Of a stretch of DNA of 20,729 nt, positions 14,291 through 20,729 are shown in pieces. This DNA comes from Corallococcus sp. CA054B. GTDB taxonomy: Bacteria; Myxococcota; Myxococcia; Myxococcales; Myxococcaceae. Each line of letters begins with the position of its first letter. The first letter of the stretch is position 1. The notes beneath the pieces were generated by a model. The model saw nothing but the letters and a program-made list of their open reading frames with translations, was not told the origin of the DNA and searched no databases. The position numbers and the translations under genes were made by a program. Where the stretch lies: positions 1 to 20,729 of the forward strand of contig NZ_RAVY01000172.1 of NCBI RefSeq assembly GCF_003611625.1, given 5' to 3'.

Positions 14291-16636
14291 TCAGGGGCTC
14301 GCGGGCGTGTAGACGAGCACGGCGCTGACGCTCCCGGGGGTGTCCCGGTCATAGCCCCCGATGAAGAGCACCTTCCCGTTGGGCAGCACGGTGGCGGCCA
14401 TGGAGTAGCGGTTGGAAGCCATGCTGGTGGAGAACGCGGAGGTCCCGGTCGAAAGGTCGAAGACCTCCGTCGTCAGGCCCACCGTGGAGTTCCCACCCGC
14501 GAGCAGCAGCTTCCCGGAGTTCAGCTGGACCAGGGAGGAGTTGGCGCGCTCGTAGGTGAAGTGGCCCAGCGTGGCCTGGACGTTGAGCCCCGGGTCGTAC
14601 GTCGCGACCAGCGTCCCGTCCACCAGGACCACCTTGCCGGAAGGCTGGAGGAACGCGTCGGTGAACGTCCGCGTCGTCATGCCGGTGGCACCGCTCCAGG
14701 TGTTGTTGGACGGATCATAGAGCTCCGACGGCAGGCTGGCGCCCAGGATGAGCACCTTCCCCGAGGGCAGCAGCACCGCTCGGTGGTTGGACCGGGCGTT
14801 GGCCATGCTCGCCACCGGCACCCAGCTGTTCGTGGCGGGGTCGTAGAGCTCCACGACGCGGTTGGCGACGGCGTCGCCCGTACTGACGCCGCCGACGACC
14901 AGGACCTTGCCGTTGGGCAGCAGCGTCGCGGTGTGGGCTCCGCGCGCGAAGGCCATCTGAGGGCCGGCCGTCCAGGTGTTGGTGGCGGGGTCGTAGAACT
15001 CCACGGCGCGCAGCGGGGTGGTGGCCGGGTACGACGCGAAGCCGCCCGTGACCATGACCTTGCCGGAGGGGAGCAGCGTCACGGCGGGGTTGTAGTGCGA
15101 GGTGCCCATCGTGCCGGCGGAGGACCACGTCGCCGTCGCGGGATCGTAGAGCTCCGCGGTGCCCAGGATGGGGTTGGAGCTCACCGTCCCGCCGAAGACG
15201 AGGATCTTCCCGGAGGGCAGGGTGATGAGGCTCGCGCCGAAGCGGCGCTGCGTCAGGCTGGCCGTCAGGTCCCACCGGGCGACCGTCGTGGGGGGCGTGC
15301 ACGCGGGGGCGTTCTGCACGGCCACGGTGAAGGCCTGGGACGCGGAGAAGCCCTGCGCGTTGGTGACGGTGGCGGTGATGGTCGCGTTCCCGCCCGTGGG
15401 CGCGCAGGTGGGGGCCTTCCAGGAAATCTCGCTGGAGGTGAAACCCGACACAGGCGTCGCCAGCGTTCCGGCGCTTGAGGCCCAGTTGAAGGTGAGGGCG
15501 CCACCGTTGCCGTCCTCCGCGAGGACGCGGAACGTCACGGTGCTGTCGCCCACCACGGACGCGCTGCTCTGGTGCGCGAGGACGATGCGCGGGGGAACGT
15601 TGGCGCTCGCGCCATCGCCCACGCAGATGCGCAGGGTGCCCTGCGTCTGTCCGCCCTTGGGGTCCTTCACGGTGACGGTGAGCGCGCAGTTGCCGCACGA
15701 GTCGCCAGCGGGCACGGCGGTCGGGGTGAACGAGGCGATGTTGGAGGTGTCATCCGTCCAGGTGCCCGCGCAGGACGCGGCCCACTGGTAGGTCAGCGCG
15801 TCGCCGTCCGGATCCGTCACGTCCGCGGTGACGGTGGTGCTCTGGCCCACGGGCACGGGGGACCGGGACGCGGTGACGCGGGTGACGGCGGGGGAGATGT
15901 TGAACGTGACGGACACCTCCGCGGTGCCGGCCGTGGTGCCGCCGTCCTTGGAGATGACGGTGATGTCGATGCGGATGGTCGCCGTGGCGCCGCGCGAGTC
16001 GGTGACGGTCAGCGTCAGCGCGTAGACGCCCGGGGTCGCGGGGGCCGTCCAGGTCGTCGACGTGAGCGTGGGCGAGCCGAAGGTGCCATCCGCCGCCGTC
16101 CAGGCGTACGTGATGGTGTCGGACGCGTCCGGATCATGCGCCGTGGCCTGGAGGGAGATGGTTCCCCCGGGAAGGACGGTGCTCGCGGAAGCCACGAGCG
16201 AGTCGATGCACGGGGCCGAGTTGTCGAACGGACCCGGGACATCCAGCGCCTGGAGGGTGATGGCCACGACGGAGGTCGTGCCCGCGGTGATGGTGACGTC
16301 CGAGGCCGCGCCCCGGTAGCGCAGGGCACCGTCCGCGGCGAAGGCCTCCGCGGTGAAGGTGCGCTGGGGGCCGGCGGGCACCTGGTACATGGTGCCGCTC
16401 CAGCCCTCCGTGCCCTTGGTGAGCACGGTGGTTGCGGAAGGCACGCCGGACGCCGTCAGCGTGACGGTCACGCGGGTGATTTCATCGCCCGCGAGCGCCT
16501 GGGGCACCGCGCTGACGAACCGGACGTTGCCGGTCTCCCGCTCCGGTTCGCTGCCGTTGTCACAAGCCGTGGCAGAAACGACAGCACTGATTAAAGCGCA
16601 AAACAAAACCCGAGACAGTGTGCCTTGTCGACGCAT
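14291..16636 (-). CDS. Lipoprotein with three PKD/Ig-like domains and a C-terminal six-bladed Kelch beta-propeller
   Basis: ATG at 16636 with SD GGAAGGTG; the track ORF starts at 16729. Signal LFCALISAVVSATAC. PKD-like DTITYAWTAADGTF...YALTLTVTDSRG, repeated three times. Kelch repeats (LPSGKILVFGG, LPSGKVMVTGG, LPNGKVLVVGG, LPSGKVLILG, LPNGKVLFIGG). Confidence 0.8.
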   Translation of the reverse strand: MRRQGTLSRVLFCALISAVVSATACDNGSEPERETGNVRFVSAVPQALAGDEITRVTVTLTASGVPSATTVLTKGTEGWSGTMYQVPAGPQRTFTAEAFAADGALRYRGAASDVTITAGTTSVVAITLQALDVPGPFDNSAPCIDSLVASASTVLPGGTISLQATAHDPDASDTITYAWTAADGTFGSPTLTSTTWTAPATPGVYALTLTVTDSRGATATIRIDITVISKDGGTTAGTAEVSVTFNISPAVTRVTASRSPVPVGQSTTVTADVTDPDGDALTYQWAASCAGTWTDDTSNIASFTPTAVPAGDSCGNCALTVTVKDPKGGQTQGTLRICVGDGASANVPPRIVLAHQSSASVVGDSTVTFRVLAEDGNGGALTFNWASSAGTLATPVSGFTSSEISWKAPTCAPTGGNATITATVTNAQGFSASQAFTVAVQNAPACTPPTTVARWDLTASLTQRRFGASLITLPSGKILVFGGTVSSNPILGTAELYDPATATWSSAGTMGTSHYNPAVTLLPSGKVMVTGGFASYPATTPLRAVEFYDPATNTWTAGPQMAFARGAHTATLLPNGKVLVVGGVSTGDAVANRVVELYDPATNSWVPVASMANARSNHRAVLLPSGKVLILGASLPSELYDPSNNTWSGATGMTTRTFTDAFLQPSGKVVLVDGTLVATYDPGLNVQATLGHFTYERANSSLVQLNSGKLLLAGGNSTVGLTTEVFDLSTGTSAFSTSMASNRYSMAATVLPNGKVLFIGGYDRDTPGSVSAVLVYTPASP

Positions 16637-16758
16637 CGCACCTTCCTGGCGCAGCGAGAGGAAGGGGCGATCTATCAGGTTGAAAACATGAAGACAGACA
16701 TGTTGTGAGATTCTGAGGAGTCTGTCCAAACCCGATCAGGGTCTGTGAATACCCTGCG

Positions 16759-16782
16759 GAGGGGAGCCGCGTGGGCTCCCCT
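16759..16782. terminator. Perfect GC-rich hairpin 17 nt downstream of the tandem-repeat protein gene on the minus strand
   Basis: GAGGGGAGCC (16759-16768) - gcgt - GGCTCCCCTC (16773-16782). Confidence 0.4.
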
Positions 16783-16798
16783 CGCCATGCGGGGGTTG

Positions 16799-17434
16799 CT
16801 ACCAGGTGATGCAGGTGACGGTTTCGAGCATGGTCACGTTGGGGTTGCCGGTGGTGTTCCAGTTGCCCACGCCGTTCGTGCCCACGATGTACGTATAGGC
16901 GGAGCCGCGGATGGCGGTGGTGAAGCTGCGCACGTTGACGTGGCCCAGGTCCTGGCAGAAGCGGCGGGCGGTATCCACCGGCGTGCTGAAGTTGCCGGAC
17001 GGGTAGTTGGGCTGGATGGTGCCGATCTGGTAGCCGTTGACCTTCGGCGTCATGTACGTGACGTCCGAGGGGGAGGTGGAAGTGGAGGTGACGCAGGTGA
17101 TGCTCTCCAGCATGGTCACGTTGGAGTTGCCGGTGGTGTTCCAGGGGCCCACGCCATTCGTGCCAACGATGTACGTGTACGAGGAGCCGCGGATGGCGGT
17201 GGTGAAGCTTTGCGCGCCGGTGTGGCCCTGGTCCTGACAGAAGCGGCGGGCGGTGTCCGCGGCGCTGCTGAAGTTCCCGGTGGGCTGGTTGGGGAGGTAC
17301 GTGCCAATCTGAAAGCCATTGACCGTGGGCACCACGTAGGTCTGGTAGGTGTCCGCGCTGGCCGACGACGCGAAGCCCACGACGAAAAGCAGGGACACGA
17401 AAAGGGAGGGAATGCCGCTGCTGCGACGAAACAT
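16799..17434 (-). CDS. Secreted protein made of two tandem ~94-aa repeats (internal duplication); family not recognised
   Basis: SD GAGGA 5 nt upstream. Signal MFRRSSGIPSLFVSLLFVVGFASSASA. Repeat 1 ...VNGFQIGTYLPNQPTGNFSSAADTARRFCQDQGH...FTTAIRGSSYTYIVGTNGVGPWNTTGNSNVTMLESITC. Repeat 2 ...VNGYQIGTIQPNYPSGNFSTPVDTARRFCQDLGH...FTTAIRGSAYTYIVGTNGVGNWNTTGNPNVTMLETVTC. Confidence 0.7.
   Translation of the reverse strand: MFRRSSGIPSLFVSLLFVVGFASSASADTYQTYVVPTVNGFQIGTYLPNQPTGNFSSAADTARRFCQDQGHTGAQSFTTAIRGSSYTYIVGTNGVGPWNTTGNSNVTMLESITCVTSTSTSPSDVTYMTPKVNGYQIGTIQPNYPSGNFSTPVDTARRFCQDLGHVNVRSFTTAIRGSAYTYIVGTNGVGNWNTTGNPNVTMLETVTCITW
16805..17368 (-). repeat. 2 x 282-bp tandem direct repeat inside the CDS above (~80% DNA identity)
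   Basis: For example catggtcacgttggggttgccggtggtgttccag at 16829 and catggtcacgttggagttgccggtggtgttccag at 17111; period 282 bp. Confidence 0.7.
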
Positions 17435-17597
17435 GTTTTTCCTCGGCTTGTAGCTGAAGCGGGGGGATCACGACCGTAGCGGCTCCCGGGGTTGGAAGCA
17501 CTGATTCACGGACTTGGAGACATCTCGAGACTGCTGTGGGTGCGGGTCGAGACGTAGGCACGGTGCGCGACTCGTGCATGGTCTACGCTGCGCCCCC

Positions 17598-20282
17598 ATG
17601 CGACTGCTCCCACTCCTTGCCCTGGTGGTGTTGACCGTCCGCTGTGCCCACGCGCCGGAGGCAGCACCGACTGCTTCCGCGCCGCCCGCTGTTTCGTGGC
17701 CGGAGGCCCTGCCTCCCGCGCTGCGGTTGCCGGACACCGTGCGGCCCGTGCACTACGCGTTGGACCTGAAGCTCGTGCCCTCGGAGGACACGTATCCGGG
17801 CAGCGTCACCATCGACGTGGAGGTCCGCGAGCCCGTGCGCCAGGTGTGGCTGCATGCTCAGGACCTGGATGTGACGCGGGCTCGCGTCACCGTGGCGGGC
17901 CGCACGTTCGATGCGAAGCCTGTCACCGCGCCTGAAGGGCGTCTGGGATTGCTCCTGCCGGAGGAGCTGCCGGTGGGCAAGGCGCAGCTCCTGCTCGACT
18001 TCACCGGCAAGGTGGACCGCGAGCGCAGCCAGGGCCTCTACGGGGTGGACGAGGGCGGTGAGCCCTACCTCTACACGTTCTTCGAGCCCATCGACGCGCG
18101 CCGCGCCTTCCCGTGCTTCGACGAGCCGACCTTCAAGGTGCCGTGGCGCCTGCGCTTCACCGTGAAGGCCGGACACGTGGCGCTGGCCAACCATCCCGTC
18201 GTGTCGCGCGAGCCTCTGGCGGACGGCCTGGAGCGCGTCACCTTCGCCGAAAGCAAGCCGATGCCCAGCTACCTCGTGGCCTTCATGGTGGGGCCGTTCG
18301 ACGTGGTGGAGGCCGGCACCGTGGGCCGCACGAACGTGCCGCTGCGCTTCATCGTCCCCAAGGGCCGGGGCGCGGAGACTCGCTACGCCGCGAGCATCAC
18401 GCCTCGCATCGTGAAGGGCCTGGAGGACTTCTTCGACCAGCCGTATCCGTACGAGAAGCTCGATGTCGCGGTCGTGCCCCGGTACTGGGGCACCATGGAG
18501 CACCCGGGCATCGTCGCGCTCGGGCAGCCGCTCACGCTCATCCCTCCCGGCGAGGAGACGCTGGCCCGCCGCAAGTCCTACGCGGTCATCGCCAACCATG
18601 AGCTGGGCCATTACTGGTTCGGTGACGTCGTCACCTGCTCCTGGTGGAACGACATCTGGCTGAACGAGTCCTTCACTGCCTGGCTGGACCGGCAGACCGT
18701 GGACCGGCTGGAGCCGTCCTGGGACTACCAGCAGGAGCGCGCCATGTTCGCGACCCGTTCCGCGCTGGCGTCGGATGAATTGGCGTCGGCGCTGCCCGTG
18801 CGCAAGCCGGTGGAGAGCAATGACGACATCGTCGGCTCGTTCGATAACGGGACGACGTATGACAAGGGCTCGTCCGTCATCGCCATGTACGAGGCCTGGC
18901 TGGGGCCGGAGCGCTTCCGCGACTTCCTCCGGGGCTATGTCCGCAAGCACGAGTGGAAGGTGGCGACGATGGAGGACTTCCTCGCGGACCTGTCCCAGGC
19001 GGCGGGGCCGGAGGTGGCGCAGTCCTTCGGCGGGTTCATCGAGCGGGCCGGTGCGCCTCGGATCACCGCGCAGCTGTCGTGCCCGGCGGGCGGCGCTCCG
19101 TCCGTGAAGCTGTCTCAGGAGCGTTACCTGCCAGTGGGCTCCAAGGCGGACTCGCGGCAGGAATGGCAGGTGCCCGTGTGTCTTCGCGTGGGCACGGGCA
19201 CGCAGTCGTCGCGGGTGTGCTCGATGTTGCAAGGACCATCCGCGGAGGTCGCGCTGCCTATGAAGCAGTGCCCGTCGTGGGTGCTGCTCAACGCGGGCGG
19301 CACGGGTTACTACCGCAGCGGTTACACCCGCGAGCAGTTGACGAAGCTGCTCGCGACTCCGGTCGCCGCCTTCTCTCCCCCGGAGCAGGTGGCGCTCTGG
19401 GCGGATGTGGATGCGGCGGTGACTCGGGGCGACCTGCCGCTGGGGGAGGCGCTGAGGGCGGTGCCTGCCTCCGCGAAATCGCCGAACCGGCTCGTGGTGC
19501 AGAGCGCCGCCTCGCTGCTGGAACTCGTGCGCCTGGATCAGCTCACGCCCGAGGAGCGTCAGCGTTTCCGCTCATGGGTGGCCTCGCTCTACTCGGCGCG
19601 CGCGCATGCCATGGGCTGGGTGCCGAAGCCGGGCGAGGACGACTCCGTGAAGGATTCGCGCTCCCTGTTCCTCCGGCTGGCCGGCGGTCTGGGCGATGAC
19701 CCTCGGCTGGTGAAGGAATCGCTGCCCCTGGTGCGCGCATGGCTGGCGGACCGGAAGTCGGTGGATCCGGAGGCGTTCAGCGCCGCGCTGCCCCGAGCCG
19801 CGACGCACGGCGATGCGGCGCTGTTCGACGCGCTGCTGGCAGCGGCGAAGAAGGAACAGGACCGCACCGAGCGGTCCCGGCTGCTGTCGTCGCTGGCCTA
19901 CTTCCGGAACCCGGACCTGCTGTGGCGGGCGCTGGGGCTGGTGGTGTCGCCGGACTTCGACGTGCGGGACTCGCAGGTCATCCTCCGGATGGCGTTGATG
20001 TCGCCGGAGTCTCAGTCGCTGGCGTGGAACTTCTACCAGACGCACTTCGATGCGCTGACCCAGCGGCTGCGCTCGGATGAGCTGGGCCGGCTGATTGGTC
20101 AGACGGGCAGCCTCTGCGATGACCTCCACCTGGCGCAGGTGGAGACGTTCCTCACGCCGCGCGTGGACAAGGTCGAAGGCGGTCCGCGCGCGCTCACCCG
20201 GGCCCTGGAGTCCATCCGGCTGTGCATCGAATCCCAGAAGCTCCAGTCCCCGAGCGTCAAGGCGTTCCTCCGCGCCCGGTGA
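17598..20282 (+). CDS. pepN: Aminopeptidase N (peptidase M1 family), secreted
   Basis: ATG at 17598 inside track ORF 17514..20282. Signal MRLLPLLALVVLTVRCAHA. GTMEHPGIV (GAMEN-like exopeptidase motif). HELGHYWFGDVVTCSWWNDIWLNESFTAW (HExxH-X18-E). ERAP/LTA4H-like C-terminal ARM domain. Confidence 0.9.
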   Translation: MRLLPLLALVVLTVRCAHAPEAAPTASAPPAVSWPEALPPALRLPDTVRPVHYALDLKLVPSEDTYPGSVTIDVEVREPVRQVWLHAQDLDVTRARVTVAGRTFDAKPVTAPEGRLGLLLPEELPVGKAQLLLDFTGKVDRERSQGLYGVDEGGEPYLYTFFEPIDARRAFPCFDEPTFKVPWRLRFTVKAGHVALANHPVVSREPLADGLERVTFAESKPMPSYLVAFMVGPFDVVEAGTVGRTNVPLRFIVPKGRGAETRYAASITPRIVKGLEDFFDQPYPYEKLDVAVVPRYWGTMEHPGIVALGQPLTLIPPGEETLARRKSYAVIANHELGHYWFGDVVTCSWWNDIWLNESFTAWLDRQTVDRLEPSWDYQQERAMFATRSALASDELASALPVRKPVESNDDIVGSFDNGTTYDKGSSVIAMYEAWLGPERFRDFLRGYVRKHEWKVATMEDFLADLSQAAGPEVAQSFGGFIERAGAPRITAQLSCPAGGAPSVKLSQERYLPVGSKADSRQEWQVPVCLRVGTGTQSSRVCSMLQGPSAEVALPMKQCPSWVLLNAGGTGYYRSGYTREQLTKLLATPVAAFSPPEQVALWADVDAAVTRGDLPLGEALRAVPASAKSPNRLVVQSAASLLELVRLDQLTPEERQRFRSWVASLYSARAHAMGWVPKPGEDDSVKDSRSLFLRLAGGLGDDPRLVKESLPLVRAWLADRKSVDPEAFSAALPRAATHGDAALFDALLAAAKKEQDRTERSRLLSSLAYFRNPDLLWRALGLVVSPDFDVRDSQVILRMALMSPESQSLAWNFYQTHFDALTQRLRSDELGRLIGQTGSLCDDLHLAQVETFLTPRVDKVEGGPRALTRALESIRLCIESQKLQSPSVKAFLRAR

Positions 20283-20283
20283 C

Positions 20284-20682
20284 TCACGGCCCGTAGGGAC
20301 ACATCTTCAGCATCTGCGCGATGGGTGGGCGGCAGAGCTCCAGGAGCTGTGTCTCGTCCAGGAACGAGGATGTCCGCGCCTCGAAGAAGCAGGCCGCGGG
20401 ATCATCCGAGGGTTGGGCGTACTGGCAGAGCTGGAGCGCCTGCGGGTCGGCGAGGAAGCCTTTCTCCTGCACCCGGAGGAAGCACCGTGCCGGGGAGTCG
20501 GAACGGGCACCCTGGCAGAGCTGCGCCGCGATGGTCTCACTCACCGAGCTGCCCTGGCGCGCCGCTTCGAAGCAGGAGTATTGCGAACTCCCCTCGGGTG
20601 GGCCTTCCAGTTGCCCCGCCGCCGGAAGCCCGAGCAGCGCGGCAGCCAGTCCCCAGCAATGTCTCCATTGGCCTCGCTTCAT
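20284..20682 (-). CDS. Small secreted protein with three ~29-aa CF...LxLC repeats
   Basis: SD GGGGGTGA upstream. Signal MKRGQWRHCWGLAAALLGLPAAG. Repeats CFEAARQGSSVSETIAAQLC / CFLRVQEKGFLADPQALQLC / CFFEARTSSFLDETQLLELC. Convergent with pepN, stop codons 2 nt apart. Confidence 0.6.
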   Translation of the reverse strand: MKRGQWRHCWGLAAALLGLPAAGQLEGPPEGSSQYSCFEAARQGSSVSETIAAQLCQGARSDSPARCFLRVQEKGFLADPQALQLCQYAQPSDDPAACFFEARTSSFLDETQLLELCRPPIAQMLKMCPYGP

Positions 20683-20729
20683 CGTTCACCCCCCACAGAA
20701 GGTGGGGGAGTCATGGCCCGCATGGGAGG

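Noticed and set aside
20689-20729. Inverted repeat CCCCCAC/GTGGGGG (20689-20707) and a plus-strand ATG at 20713 with strong SD AAGGTGGGGGAG at the window edge
   Set aside because: Only 17 nt of the putative plus-strand gene lie inside the window, so it cannot be supported. The hairpin is probably just the two divergent SD sequences.
1-20729. Search for CRISPR arrays, tRNA/rRNA and IS elements
   Set aside because: No regularly spaced direct repeats, no tRNA-like cloverleaf candidates and no transposase-like translations or terminal inverted repeats were seen. The only strong repeats are intragenic (282-bp duplication, 18-bp DAGT repeats).

Overview
This is a high-GC (~70%) window of myxobacterial-type chromosomal DNA (Myxococcus/Corallococcus-like codon usage, MYXO-CTERM signal, DAGT repeats). 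Most of the long ORFs in the six-frame track are R/G/A-rich shadow frames produced by GC bias. I picked the real genes by GC3 and by recognisable protein-family motifs. Supported content, in order: (1) a partial PBP4/DacB-type D-Ala-D-Ala carboxypeptidase lipoprotein on the minus strand, absent from the ORF track because it runs off the window start; (2) an RdgC-family recombination-associated protein split into two overlapping ORFs; (3) a ~600-bp lower-GC (~50%) island holding the nuclease-like C-terminal domain of a lipoprotein toxin and an ATGA-coupled downstream immunity-like gene, with a small Cys-rich secreted peptide gene just upstream on the same strand; (4) an unmistakable bacterial homolog of the eukaryotic major vault protein (MVP: Vault repeats, SPFH-like shoulder, cap-helix coiled coil), preceded by direct repeats and a sigma54-like -24/-12 element; (5) an AT-rich intergenic palindrome with a 16/19 match to the Fur box upstream of a lipoprotein plus MYXO-CTERM-anchored HExxH metalloprotease pair; (6) a small convergent ORF and a C39-like papain-fold peptidase; (7) a minus-strand run encoding a biopterin-type aromatic amino acid hydroxylase with a long C-terminal extension, a LysR regulator, an SDR oxidoreductase, a PKD/Kelch lipoprotein and a tandemly duplicated secreted protein; (8) an M1 aminopeptidase N; and (9) a small secreted triple Cys-repeat protein. 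No rRNA, tRNA or CRISPR was seen. The main candidates for an undescribed system are the bacterial vault protein locus and the low-GC lipoprotein toxin/immunity cassette (possibly a SitA-like outer-membrane-exchange toxin).
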